Below the pieces are notes generated by a model that saw nothing but the letters and a program-made list of their open reading frames with translations, did no database searches and was not told where the DNA came from. Both the position numbers and the translations under genes were made by a program. This document shows positions 31,801 through 42,045 of a stretch of 64,000 bases of DNA, piece by piece. The DNA is from Paraburkholderia sp. (lineage in GTDB: Bacteria > Pseudomonadota > Gammaproteobacteria > Burkholderiales > Burkholderiaceae), in contig DATAQT010000092.1 of assembly GCA_036264535.1 (NCBI GenBank), positions 33,617 to 97,616 on the forward strand, in the 5' to 3' direction. Position 1 is the stretch's first letter. Each line of letters begins with the position of its first letter.

Positions 31801-31880
31801 AACCGGACGGTAAGGGTTCTATTTGCGTCGCCTCAGGCGTATAACGGCAGACTTCGCTCACGCTGTTATCGCTCGATTCG

Positions 31881-32134
31881 ATGCGCTCCACCCGCCCCTT
31901 ACCCCCTCTCCTTTCTCTGCGCGCTTTCGAAGCCGCCGCACGGCACCTGAGTTTCAGCCGCGCGGCGCAAGAACTGTTCGTGACGCAAAGCGCAGTCAGC
32001 CACCAGATCCAGAAGCTCGAAGCCGATCTCGGCATCGCGCTATTCGAGCGCCAAACCCCGCGGTCGGTGTCGCGTCGCTGCCGGCGGGCGTCGCCGTTGA
32101 AGTCGAAGCCGTGATCGCATTGAAGAACACCTGA
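31881..32134 (+). pseudogene. deletion chimera: GcvA-like LysR HTH (about 59 aa) joined out of frame to the C-terminus of a RidA-family gene
   Basis: LPPLLSLRAFEAAARHLSFSRAAQELFVTQSAVSHQIQKLE..LFER ends abruptly; another frame gives AVGVASLPAGVAVEVEAVI-stop. Confidence 0.85.
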
Positions 32135-32161
32135 ATTCAATTCATATCCTCGGAGCCATCA

Positions 32162-33358
32162 ATGTCTTCTCCGCTGTCGCCCGCCGCCATTGACGCATTG
32201 CGCGCTCGCACGCCAGGCGTTCGCACCACGACGCACTTCAATCATGCCGGCGCGTCGTTGCCGTCGGCTGCCACGCTCGACGCGATTCACGCGCATCTGT
32301 TGCGCGAAGCGTCGATGGGGCCGATGGAAGCGGGCGCAGCCGCCGGCGAACAGACCGAGCGCGCACGCACGCTCGCCGCGCGACTGCTGAACGCGCAACC
32401 CGCCGAGATCGCATTGACGACGGGCAACTCGCCGGGCTGGGGCGCCGCGTTCGCGGCATTGGGTCCGTGGCACCCGGCGCAACGCATCCTCGTCGCGCAA
32501 CACGAATGGGGCGGCAATCTCGCGACGATGCGCCACCTGGCCCAGCGAGCCGGCGCGTCGATCGAGACGATTCCTTCCGACGCCAGCGGCAGGGTCGATC
32601 CTCGCGCGCTCGAAGCGATGCTCGACAATCGCGTCGCACTGATTGCGCTGACGTGGCTGCCGGCAAACGGCGGACTGATCAATCCGGCCGCCGCGATCGG
32701 GCAGATCGCGCGCCGTCACGGCATTCCGTATTTCATCGATGCCGCACAGGCCGTCGGGCAACTTCCGATCGACGTGGCCGAGCTTGGCTGCGACGTGCTG
32801 GCCGGCGTGGGCCGCAAGGCACTGCGCGGACCGCGCGGCACCGGGCTGTTGTACGTACGGCGGGACTTTCTGCCTCGCCTGATGCCGGCCTTCGTCGACA
32901 CGTATTCCGCGCCGCTCGATGCCAATGGCGAACCCGTACTGCGCGACGATGCCGCGCGTCTCGAATCATCGGAGGCCTCGCTCGCACTGCATTGCGGATT
33001 GGCAAATGCATTGGAGGAAGCGCTGGAAATCGGCATCGACAACATCCGTGCGCGGATCGATCAGGTCGCACAGGTATTGCGCGAGCAACTGGCCGCGATA
33101 CCGGGCGTGTCCGTGCTCGATCAGGGTGTCGAGCGATCCGGGCTCGTGTCGTTCAACGTCGCCGGAATGGATGCTCCTGCAGTGCGACGTTCCCTGGCGG
33201 TGCAGGGCATCACGATCGGCTCGAATGGTGTCGCATACACGCCGTTCGATATGACGAGCAGAGGGCTGACACAGATCGCGCGCGCATCGGTCAGCTATCT
33301 GACCACCAACGACGAGATAGAAAAATTGCTGGCTGGGATACGAACGTTGACGCGTTGA
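32162..33358 (+). CDS. class V PLP enzyme (cystine/C-S lyase-like)
   Basis: HFNHAGAS, DAAQAVG, GRKALRGPRG and ARASVSYL motifs; no NifS/SufS catalytic Cys loop visible. Confidence 0.88.
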   Translation: MSSPLSPAAIDALRARTPGVRTTTHFNHAGASLPSAATLDAIHAHLLREASMGPMEAGAAAGEQTERARTLAARLLNAQPAEIALTTGNSPGWGAAFAALGPWHPAQRILVAQHEWGGNLATMRHLAQRAGASIETIPSDASGRVDPRALEAMLDNRVALIALTWLPANGGLINPAAAIGQIARRHGIPYFIDAAQAVGQLPIDVAELGCDVLAGVGRKALRGPRGTGLLYVRRDFLPRLMPAFVDTYSAPLDANGEPVLRDDAARLESSEASLALHCGLANALEEALEIGIDNIRARIDQVAQVLREQLAAIPGVSVLDQGVERSGLVSFNVAGMDAPAVRRSLAVQGITIGSNGVAYTPFDMTSRGLTQIARASVSYLTTNDEIEKLLAGIRTLTR

Positions 33359-33436
33359 GCACTCAGGTCAATGAGAACTTTGCGTCAGTCAAATGAATCC
33401 GAGCGTCTCTTTCAATTCAATTTCTCGCATACGACC

Positions 33437-34456
33437 ATGAACTCCGCCTCATCGCTCAGCCTCGATCTATCAAAGTTTCCGCGCCGCACGCTTCTCGAAG
33501 GCCCTACGCCCATTCAACACCTTGAACGTCTGAGCGCTCGCCTCGGCGGTGCGGACATCTACGTCAAAAGAGAAGATCTGACGGGGCTGGGTGGCGGCGG
33601 CAACAAGTTGCGCAAGCTCGAATTCCTGATCGGCGACGCTCTCGCCCGCGGCGCGGACACTATCATCGGCGTGGGCGCGCGGCAATCGAATCACGCGCGG
33701 CTCACGGCGGCCGCGGCGGCTCGCGTCGGACTTCAATGCGAGCTCGTGCTGACGAGGACCGTGCCACGTTCCGACCACGACTATATGGAGAACGGCAACG
33801 TACTGCTCGATGTGCTGTTCGGTGCGCGCATACACGATCTTCCCGGCACGGCCAACTCGATGCAATTCGCCGAGGAACGGGCGAACGAGCTGCGCGCGCA
33901 AGGCCGTCATGTCTATGTGTGTCCGTTTGGCGGTTCGAGCCCGGTCGGTTGCCTCGGCTATGTGGACTGCGCCGTCGAAATCGTCGCTCAATCGCACGCG
34001 CAAAACATCGCTTTCGATCGCATCGTGGTGCCGAACGGAAGCGGCGGTATGCAAGCGGGGCTGGTCGCGGGGTTTGTTGCGCTGGGCGTGGATCCCTCAT
34101 GTATTGCCGCGTTCACGGTACTGGGAAGTGCTGGCCAGGCGCGCCCGATTACTTTGGAAAAAGCGAACCAGACGCTTCAACTGATCGATCCGAGCCTGCG
34201 CGTGAGTGAAGACGCCATCTCGATCGACGAAACGCAGCGCGGACCCGGCTATGGCATTCCGACCGATAACATGCGCGCCGCCGTCCGCCTGATGGCATCG
34301 ACGGAAGGTCTATTGCTCGATCCCGTATATAGCGGCAAGGCGTTTGCGGGTCTTGTCGAAGACGTGCGTACCGGGAAGCATCCTGCCGGACAGAAGATTC
34401 TATTCGCCATGAGCGGCGGACTTCCCGGACTATTTGCTTATCGGAACGAGTTCTAG
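33437..34456 (+). CDS. D-cysteine desulfhydrase family protein
   Basis: KREDL, GGNKLRKLE, QSNHAR; DPVYSGKA (Ser rather than the Glu of ACC deaminase). Confidence 0.88.
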   Translation: MNSASSLSLDLSKFPRRTLLEGPTPIQHLERLSARLGGADIYVKREDLTGLGGGGNKLRKLEFLIGDALARGADTIIGVGARQSNHARLTAAAAARVGLQCELVLTRTVPRSDHDYMENGNVLLDVLFGARIHDLPGTANSMQFAEERANELRAQGRHVYVCPFGGSSPVGCLGYVDCAVEIVAQSHAQNIAFDRIVVPNGSGGMQAGLVAGFVALGVDPSCIAAFTVLGSAGQARPITLEKANQTLQLIDPSLRVSEDAISIDETQRGPGYGIPTDNMRAAVRLMASTEGLLLDPVYSGKAFAGLVEDVRTGKHPAGQKILFAMSGGLPGLFAYRNEF

Positions 34457-34602
34457 GCGATCGAACCTGCGTTAGAACTTGTGCCGTATTCCCATACGCA
34501 CGGCCGCCGCGCGTGGCGGTCATCCATTCGCGAAGCGCAAGAAGTCTCACCCGCAATGCTCGCGGCGGCCCCGCTCTCAGCGTTGGGGGAGTCGTAGCTC
34601 GG

Positions 34603-35406
34603 TCATTCCTCGTCGCAGTACACCTTGAAGTGCGTCAGCACGGCGGGCCCAAATGCGGTGCTGATTGCGACATCCGCGGCGTCGCGACCGTATGCCATCA
34701 ATACGCGACCGATGCGCGGCGCGTTGTTTCGCGGATCGAAGGCCTGCCAGCTACCACCCACATAGGCTTCGAACCACCCCGCGAAATCCATCGGCGCGGC
34801 AACAGGCGGCAAGCCCACATCGCTGATATAGCCGGTGCAGTAGCGCGCCGGAATATTCATTGCGCGGCATAGCGTGACGCCAAGATGCGCGAAATCGCGG
34901 CAGACGCCTTTGCGTTCGCGGTACGCGTCCCGCGCGGTTTTGGTCGGCCGCGCATGCCCGTAATCAAATTCGATGTGCCGGTGCACGAAGTCGCAGATTG
35001 CCAGCACGGTCTCGCGGCCCGGCGTGCACTGACCGAAAATCCGCCACGCGGTTTCGACGAACAGATCGGTTTCGCAATAGCGGCTCCCCAAGAGGAAAAT
35101 CAGCGTATCGTCGGGCAGTTGCTCCACCGGATGGCCCCAACCGTCACTGGGCCGGGTTTCCATAGCACCTGACACGTTGAGCAGCGCCGTCGTGCGCAAT
35201 CCCATACGCCCGATGGGCGCGACGATTCGGCTGCACAGGTTGCCGAACACATCGCGATATTGGCGAATCGGCACCGGTGGATCGGCAACGAGCAAATCCG
35301 CCACGACAATATCCTTCGCATGCGAAAAATGCGTGTTCAGCATCAGCATCATCGGCGTGGGCTGCGTGCACTCGTACGACAATTCGTATCCGACGCGAAG
35401 CTTCAT
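34603..35406 (-). CDS. transglutaminase-like protein
   Basis: SRYCETD, GVCRDFAH, ARYCTGY and GRDAADV motifs. Confidence 0.9.
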   Translation of the reverse strand: MKLRVGYELSYECTQPTPMMLMLNTHFSHAKDIVVADLLVADPPVPIRQYRDVFGNLCSRIVAPIGRMGLRTTALLNVSGAMETRPSDGWGHPVEQLPDDTLIFLLGSRYCETDLFVETAWRIFGQCTPGRETVLAICDFVHRHIEFDYGHARPTKTARDAYRERKGVCRDFAHLGVTLCRAMNIPARYCTGYISDVGLPPVAAPMDFAGWFEAYVGGSWQAFDPRNNAPRIGRVLMAYGRDAADVAISTAFGPAVLTHFKVYCDEE

Positions 35407-35703
35407 GAATCCTCCGTGATTTCGCTGATTCCGGCCGCGTTGCCGAAGACACCACGGAAGATGATCCCACGTTGCGGCGCATCAAGCTCGCATTCAAAAA
35501 CAATCGCCCACAATCGGTCGTACCCCATTCGACCACCGAGTGTGCGGGCCCAGGAAAGCAAAGAGGGGAATCAGTCGACTGGGCCAAGTCGTAACTCGGC
35601 GCATGAAAGACGAGCTTGACCAGTTTTCACAGCTGTTAGCGACACCTCGATGGGATCTCGCGGCCACTCGCTGCAGGAACAACCCGACCGGGCCGTATTC
35701 TCG

Positions 35704-35952
35704 TCAAATCGAATATCGATTCTGCGGACCACGCACGTATCGCTTTTGCGCGATCTCAACCAGCTTTTCGCGAAATTCGTCAAATGCCACGAGAAATGAC
35801 CGTTCGTCGGATCCGAGTGCGGGTTGCAGGCCTTTGAGCGTTGCGCTGTCGACCTCGAACGTGATTTCCCGGGAATCGTCATACCCCCAGAAATACACGC
35901 AATGCCTGGCGGCATCGTAGCTTCGGCTCGGATTCGGAAAATGGAGCGACAC
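35704..35952 (-). CDS. DUF1488 family protein
   Basis: FPNPSRSYD..VYFWGYD..EITF motif. Confidence 0.8.
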   Translation of the reverse strand: MSLHFPNPSRSYDAARHCVYFWGYDDSREITFEVDSATLKGLQPALGSDERSFLVAFDEFREKLVEIAQKRYVRGPQNRYSI

Positions 35953-35962
35953 GATCAGCTTC

Positions 35963-36145
35963 TTATGGTGTTGGCGGATACCGCCACTTACTTGCGGTGG
36001 AATCGATGAGTGAATAACTGATGCGCCTCTGATCTGCCCGTCTTACGTCCGCAGTTTTGAGAATGAGAAGCTGCGCCCGACGATCCTGGTTGTAAGCCGT
36101 GTCATTTGCCGCGAGAGGAACTGCTTTCGTGATATCTAATCGCAT
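35963..36145 (-). CDS. possible small hypothetical protein (60 aa)
   Basis: GAGGT RBS; ends 10 nt before the DUF1488 start; no recognisable motif. Confidence 0.35.
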   Translation of the reverse strand: MRLDITKAVPLAANDTAYNQDRRAQLLILKTADVRRADQRRISYSLIDSTASKWRYPPTP

Positions 36146-36578
36146 GGCTACCTCTGAAAGGCCGCTCCACATATTGCGGGCGGCCTAGTCACTGTACACC
36201 CTTCCCGCCCCGCGAACTCGCTTTATTACGTCACCTCATGAGGCGAACAAAGTGCTGGTCCCAAGGCGGCCCGAAACGGGGAGTGATCGACTAGGTGCTC
36301 GAGGGCATCAACGCGTCGAGCCTGCTCGCGCCGACACCGGTCGTCGTCTCGATGGCCACGGTCGGCTACGGCGACAGGCGGCGCGCGACCCTCTCCAGTC
36401 ATACCCGGCCGTGCTACATGACGACGGCTTCCACGGCAATCCGGTCATCGGCTCACGCAAGGTCGCCTTCGGGTTTTTGTCCCGCCTTTCCGGCGTCAAC
36501 TACAATGGACGCGCGACGGCAGAAGCGATTGTCACTGGACACCCGCCTTACGGGCCGTCCGCCGCACAGGAACTGCTA

Positions 36579-37454
36579 GTGGAACAACTCGGTCATCTGC
36601 TCGTCGTAGCATTGCTTCGCACTCTCTCGATACTTCCGTACCAATTGGTCGCCAGGCTTGGCAGCGCGGTCGGCGCGGCCCTATATGCGCTTCCCAGCCG
36701 CCGCAAACATATCGTCCTTGTCAACCTGCGCCTCTGCTTTCCGGAAAAGTCGGAACGTGAGTACGATGAGCTTGCGAGGGATCACTTCCGGCATGTGGTC
36801 CGCAGCTATCTCGAACGAGGCGTTCAATGGTTTGGCAGCGCGCAAAGGATCAGAAAGCTCGTCCAGGTCGAAAGCGCGATTGATCTCGAAGACGGGAATG
36901 CCCCACCGACGATCTTTATGGGCTTTCATTTCGTGGGCATCGAGATCGGATGCCTGCTTTACTCACTGAAGATGCCTGCCGCTTCCTTGTACACGCACAT
37001 GTCGAACAAGCGCCTTTGCGATTTGGCCCGACGGCAGCGCGGCCGATTCGGCGCAGAGATGATCGAGCGTTCGACAAGCGCCAGGAAGATCGTAAGACTC
37101 CTTCAGGAGGGCAAGTCGGTCATGCTTGCCGCGGATATGGACCATGGCATCGAAAACTCTGTCTTCGTGCCTTTTTTCGGCGTCCCTGCGTGCACGCTGA
37201 CTTCTGTTTCGCGACTCGCGACAATCGGGCATGCGCGTGTTGTGCCGTTTGTCACAGAAGTACTGCCGGATTTCAAAGGGTATAAGTTGAGCGTTTTTGC
37301 GCCGCTTGTCGATTTCCCATCGGGAAGCGACACGAATGATGCGCGTGCCATGAATGCGTTTCTCGAGACCCAGATACTGAAGTTCCCTGCCCAGTATTAC
37401 TGGGTGCATCGACGCTTCAAACATCGTCCAGATGGCATGCCAGCGGTATATTGA
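36579..37454 (+). CDS. lipid A late acyltransferase (LpxL/HtrB family)
   Basis: NLRLCFPE, HFVGIE catalytic dyad, DMDHG..VFVPFFG, QYYWVHRRFK. Confidence 0.9.
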   Translation: MEQLGHLLVVALLRTLSILPYQLVARLGSAVGAALYALPSRRKHIVLVNLRLCFPEKSEREYDELARDHFRHVVRSYLERGVQWFGSAQRIRKLVQVESAIDLEDGNAPPTIFMGFHFVGIEIGCLLYSLKMPAASLYTHMSNKRLCDLARRQRGRFGAEMIERSTSARKIVRLLQEGKSVMLAADMDHGIENSVFVPFFGVPACTLTSVSRLATIGHARVVPFVTEVLPDFKGYKLSVFAPLVDFPSGSDTNDARAMNAFLETQILKFPAQYYWVHRRFKHRPDGMPAVY

Positions 37455-37770
37455 TTATGCGCTGCGCTCGGCTTTATCCGGCCCGCTGAAACTGAGGCAA
37501 ACTACTTCGGGGAACTGAGAAACGCCGCTGTCATGTTTTGGACCGGCGTACGGCAGAAGACACGAAGACCCTCACGGGTCGTTGCGATGTGAAGTTTGCT
37601 CGGGCCAGCAATAGGGCCAATGGATTCGGAGTTCTGATCCGGATGCAGGTGGGAGAACCGTCGCCTTGTTCGCTTCAGGAGAAGCCGGCGAATCGTCGAG
37701 TGATCAGGCAAAAACAGCCTGGATTTTTGCGATCGACGAAAGCGGGTATCTTTTAAAAACAGATACTTGA

Positions 37771-37855
37771 TGGTGCCCAGGGCGGGATTTGAACCCACAC
37801 GCCTTTCGGCGCTACCCCCTCAAGATAGTGCGTCTACCAATTTCGCCACCTGGGC
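37771..37855 (-). tRNA. tRNA-Leu(GAG)
   Basis: GCCCAGG/CCTGGGC acceptor stem with encoded CCA; anticodon arm CTATC-TTGAGGG-GGTAG; long variable arm; GTTCAAATC T-loop; 85 nt. Confidence 0.96.
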
Positions 37856-37900
37856 AGAGGGGCGCCATTGTAGCAGCTGGATTATTTTTTTGAAGCCCCT
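37856..37900 (-). promoter_or_regulatory. tRNA promoter
   Basis: Minus-strand TACAAT (37867-37872) followed by a GC-rich discriminator GGCGCCCC. Confidence 0.55.
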
Positions 37901-38106
37901 CTCGTGATTTTGTTCGGCGATCGCGATGCCGGTCGAAGTCACGCCATATCGATGCCCGGCGGCCGGTTTACGCGCTGCCCGTCACCTCGCAAGAGGTCGT
38001 AAGGTGTGACGCTTGTGGGGCGCTACTCCGGGGAATGCGGGAAATGGTGGGCCGCTATGCTCGCACGCTCATGCGCTGAAAGAGCGCTCTCCACGGCTAA
38101 CACACC

Positions 38107-38304
38107 ATGTCACCACGACGCACATCTTCTTCGCGACTCCGGCATCGTCTCTTTCTCGCATCGCTGCTGACGTCGATATCCATGCTGCAGGGTTGCGCAA
38201 CGACGGCGGAGAATCTTGCCGTCGGGTTTGGTCTCGGCGCGGTTGGCACCGTGTCGGCGGCAGGCTGTCTGCTCGCATGCGACATGGCTAATCCGCGTTG
38301 GTGA
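38107..38304 (+). CDS. small lipoprotein
   Basis: Basic N-terminus, hydrophobic core, LQGC lipobox, glycine-rich hydrophobic segment. Confidence 0.55.
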   Translation: MSPRRTSSSRLRHRLFLASLLTSISMLQGCATTAENLAVGFGLGAVGTVSAAGCLLACDMANPRW

Positions 38305-38323
38305 CAGGGCGCGCGAAGCGTGA

Positions 38324-39010
<687 letters not shown>

Positions 39011-39116
39011 AGTCGACCGGCGTGGCCGCTCGCCACGCCGAAAATCCATTGATAGAAAGAAGCTGCCACAATAAATCTCAATAGGGAAGCATTGAAAGAT
39101 TCATTGAAAGCGAATA

Positions 39117-39275
39117 TTACATTCGCGTTCTATCCGATCTTCCCTGATCCGTCATTGCGCGATTGCGCGCTCGCTCCCTTTGCTGCCTCGCCCGCACGAT
39201 GCTGACAACAATCAGCACGATTGCAAGCAATGTCAATTCGATCATTGCCGGAATCTGAATTGGATCATGAAACAC
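39117..39275 (-). CDS. small single-TM protein (52 aa), absent from the ORF track
   Basis: GGAGG RBS 6 nt before GTG; MFHDPIQIPAMIELTLLAIVLIVVSIVRARQQRERARNRAMTDQGRSDRTRM. Confidence 0.55.
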   Translation of the reverse strand: MFHDPIQIPAMIELTLLAIVLIVVSIVRARQQRERARNRAMTDQGRSDRTRM

Positions 39276-39596
39276 GGCGCACCTCCGTCACATGATTTCG
39301 TCATATTACGCCGGGTGGCATAGATCTGCAGTGTTGCGCCGCACCATCGCAATCCTATTGTCGCCATTGCACCGGCCTTTATGCAGCAGGCAAAAGCCGC
39401 CACCGACCAATCGCAAACATTTTGTCACGCCAAAACTTACAGGTTCAGATAGCTGTCCCTAAACAGTTTATTTGCGCTAGAGTACATGAGCGATCAGCCA
39501 GATCGTGAGCCGTCCCGACAATTCAAAGGTGTTTTCTGCCACGTGGTTTGTTGCGTGTACTAAAGAAGCGCCTGGACTCGTTGAAGATATCGCGCC

Positions 39597-40322
39597 ATGC
39601 CATATTTTCCCGTCGCCTACTGTGGTCCCGCGGCTGTCCCCGAGAGCTTGTGGCTGCGCTGGAATACGGATCCGCCATTGCTCGTCGCGCTCGCGGCCCT
39701 CGCATGGATCGTGGCCAGCGGCCGCTCCGCGAATGCACGGGCGGGATGGGTGGCCGTCGCGCTGATGGCCGTCGTGTTCGTGTCGCCGCTGTGCGCGCTG
39801 TCGTCGGCATTATTCTCCGCGCGCGTCACTCATCACATCATTCTGATCGCCGCCGTCGCGCCGCTGCTCGCGCTCGCGTTCCCGCTGCCGCGGCTCGCGC
39901 ATCCGCCGCTCGTGCCGGTGGTCGCCGCGCATGCGGTGATCATCTGGCTTTGGCATGCGCCGGGGCCGTATGCGTGGGGACTGTCGACCGTGCCCGGTTA
40001 CTGGCTGATGCAACTCTCGTTGCTTGGTAGTGCCTGGCTCATGTGGCGCAGCATCTTCTCGCCATTGTTGCCGACCGGCCCCGCGCTGATGGCGCTCGTC
40101 GCGACGATCGGCCATATGGGTCTGCTCGGCGCATTGATCGTGTTCGCGCCGGTGCCGCTCTACGTCGTGCACTTCGCGACCACCGCCGCGTGGGGGTTCA
40201 CCCCGCTCGCCGACCAGCAACTTGCCGGACTGTTGATGTGGGTGCTGGCGATGATCCCTTATCTCGCGGCGGGACTTTCGCTCGTCTGGTCAAGCCTGCG
40301 CGTCAGAGAGCCCGCACTGTGA
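39597..40322 (+). CDS. cytochrome c oxidase assembly factor (caa3-type CtaG family)
   Basis: SALFSARVTHH, WLWHAP and DQQLAGLLMW motifs. Confidence 0.85.
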   Translation: MPYFPVAYCGPAAVPESLWLRWNTDPPLLVALAALAWIVASGRSANARAGWVAVALMAVVFVSPLCALSSALFSARVTHHIILIAAVAPLLALAFPLPRLAHPPLVPVVAAHAVIIWLWHAPGPYAWGLSTVPGYWLMQLSLLGSAWLMWRSIFSPLLPTGPALMALVATIGHMGLLGALIVFAPVPLYVVHFATTAAWGFTPLADQQLAGLLMWVLAMIPYLAAGLSLVWSSLRVREPAL

Positions 40323-40831
40323 CGATCCTTCTGAAATTCATTCATCTGGGCGCGATCGCAATCTGGTCGGGCGGTTTGATCGTGCTGCCGTACCTGTTCT
40401 GGCAGCGCCGCGGGCTCACGGCCGGCACCGAACTCGACCGGCTACATCGCATTACGCGGCTCGTGTTCGTGGAGTTGACCTCGCCCGCCGCTTTCGTCGC
40501 GATTGCGAGCGGCACCGCGCTGATTTTTCTACAGACCACCTTCGTCGAGTGGTTCACCGCGAAGATGGTGTTCGTCGGCATCATGGCGATGCTGCACGTG
40601 CTGGCCGGCCTCGTACTGCACGATCTGTATCTGCCCGACGGCCGGTTCAGCCGCGGCTCGGCGATCGCGCTGACCATCGCTTATCTGATCGTGATCGTCG
40701 CGATCATCTGGATCGTGCTGGCCAAGCCGCATATCGACTCGAACATGTTCGTCCCGCATCTGTTCGAGCCCGGCGGACTTGGCCGGTGGCTGCATCATTC
40801 CTTCGGCGAAACGAGAATCCCCACGCCATGA
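40319..40831 (+). CDS. CopD/HemJ-like 4-TM membrane protein
   Basis: KFIHL..IWSGGL, WFTAKM..MLH and LAKP motifs; GTGA overlap with ctaG. Confidence 0.75.
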   Translation: MTILLKFIHLGAIAIWSGGLIVLPYLFWQRRGLTAGTELDRLHRITRLVFVELTSPAAFVAIASGTALIFLQTTFVEWFTAKMVFVGIMAMLHVLAGLVLHDLYLPDGRFSRGSAIALTIAYLIVIVAIIWIVLAKPHIDSNMFVPHLFEPGGLGRWLHHSFGETRIPTP

Positions 40832-41307
40832 TCGAACACGAGCTTGCCCCCATGCCAGCCGGCGAAGCCCGTCATCACCGAGCTGAGCACCGAGAGCACG
40901 AGTCCATGCGGCAAGATCTGGTCGGGGTACAGAAGCCGCACGCCCCAGTTCGCCCCCGCGAGCGCGACGAGCGTCATCGCGGCCACCGCATGCGACCAGC
41001 TCGCTTCCTTCAGGCGGATGCCGCGCACGAGCAGCAGTTCGGCCGTGCCGACCACGCTCGCGGCCACGCCGCTCCAGAACGCGAAGCCGGCGGCCCACAG
41101 GCCGGCGCGAATCCAGAACGGGTCGCCCGTCCACCAGTAGATCACGTCGACGCCCAACGTCGCGACGACGAACGCGATCGGGAAATGCACCATCATCACG
41201 TGAATCGGATGACCGACGAGCGCAACCACCGAGCCCTTGTCGAGCCGCGACAGTTCGAGCATCACTTCGCTTCTCGTCTCGGTTCCAGAATTGCCTTTGC
41301 TTGCCAT
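40795..41307 (-). CDS. DUF2231 membrane protein
   Basis: GHPIHVMMVHFPIA and GWHGGKLVFDHGVG motifs. Confidence 0.85.
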   Translation of the reverse strand: MASKGNSGTETRSEVMLELSRLDKGSVVALVGHPIHVMMVHFPIAFVVATLGVDVIYWWTGDPFWIRAGLWAAGFAFWSGVAASVVGTAELLLVRGIRLKEASWSHAVAAMTLVALAGANWGVRLLYPDQILPHGLVLSVLSSVMTGFAGWHGGKLVFDHGVGILVSPKE

Positions 41308-41328
41308 GGTGCTGTGCCCTCGCGTCAA

Positions 41329-42045
41329 ATGCCTGGTGGTGCAAACCATCATAGCTGCTTGCGTCGGGTGGTCCAAGCAGGATCGCTCGCGGCGTTGTCC
41401 GGCTGCACCGGGCCGCTTTCGACACTCGAGCCGTCGGGCCCCGCCGCAGCATCGATCGCCGGGCTGTGGTGGGTCATGCTGACGGGCGCGGCGATCCTGT
41501 TCGCGATGGTGCTCGTGCTGTTTCTGATGACGGTCTTCCGGCCCGGCTGGGGCTCGCATGTCTCGCCCGCGCGCTGGATCGTGCTCGGCGGTCTCGTGCT
41601 GCCCGCGGTGATCCTGATCCCGCTGGTCTGCTACGCGCTGTATGCGGGCGAGTTGCTGCTGCCGCTGCGCGCGCATGCGCCCGCGCGCATCGAGGCGATC
41701 GCGCAGCAATGGCGCTGGACCTTCCGCTATCCGGAGCTCGGCAACGTCGAAACCGGGAACGTGCTGCATCTGCCGGCGGGCACGCCGGTCGACATCGCCG
41801 TGACCAGCCTGGACGTCGTGCACGCGTTCTGGATTCCGCGCTTCGCGGGCAAGATCGACGCGGTGCCGGGCCACCGCAACCTGCTACGCATCCAGGCCGA
41901 TCAGCCCGGTGAGTACGCCGGGCAATGCAACGAGTTTTGCGGCATCGGTCACGCGCAGATGCACTTCACCGTGATCGTCGATCGACCGGAAGACTTTCCG
42001 GCCGCAGTTAAAAGCGCCGCCGCCAACGGGGAGGTGAAGAAATGA
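41329..42045 (+). CDS. ctaC: cytochrome c oxidase subunit II (CuA)
   Basis: LSGC lipobox, two TMs, QWRWTFRY, DVVHAFW, CNEFCGIGHAQM; no fused cytochrome c; start uncertain. Confidence 0.9.
   Translation: MPGGANHHSCLRRVVQAGSLAALSGCTGPLSTLEPSGPAAASIAGLWWVMLTGAAILFAMVLVLFLMTVFRPGWGSHVSPARWIVLGGLVLPAVILIPLVCYALYAGELLLPLRAHAPARIEAIAQQWRWTFRYPELGNVETGNVLHLPAGTPVDIAVTSLDVVHAFWIPRFAGKIDAVPGHRNLLRIQADQPGEYAGQCNEFCGIGHAQMHFTVIVDRPEDFPAAVKSAAANGEVKK

Noticed and set aside
32162-33358. NifS/SufS cysteine desulfurase call
   Set aside because: No catalytic Cys loop (GSAC or RxGHHC) in the C-terminal domain
33437-34456. ACC deaminase (acdS) call
   Set aside because: Has DPVYSGK instead of the diagnostic DPVYEGK, so it fits the D-cysteine desulfhydrase branch
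36252-36578. 109-aa N-terminal extension of LpxL
   Set aside because: Not protein-like, and GTG 36579 has an AGGA RBS and gives a normal LpxL length
40549-41328. Long N-terminal extension of oxidase subunit II
   Set aside because: It is the antisense shadow of DUF2231; the lipobox places the real start near 41329
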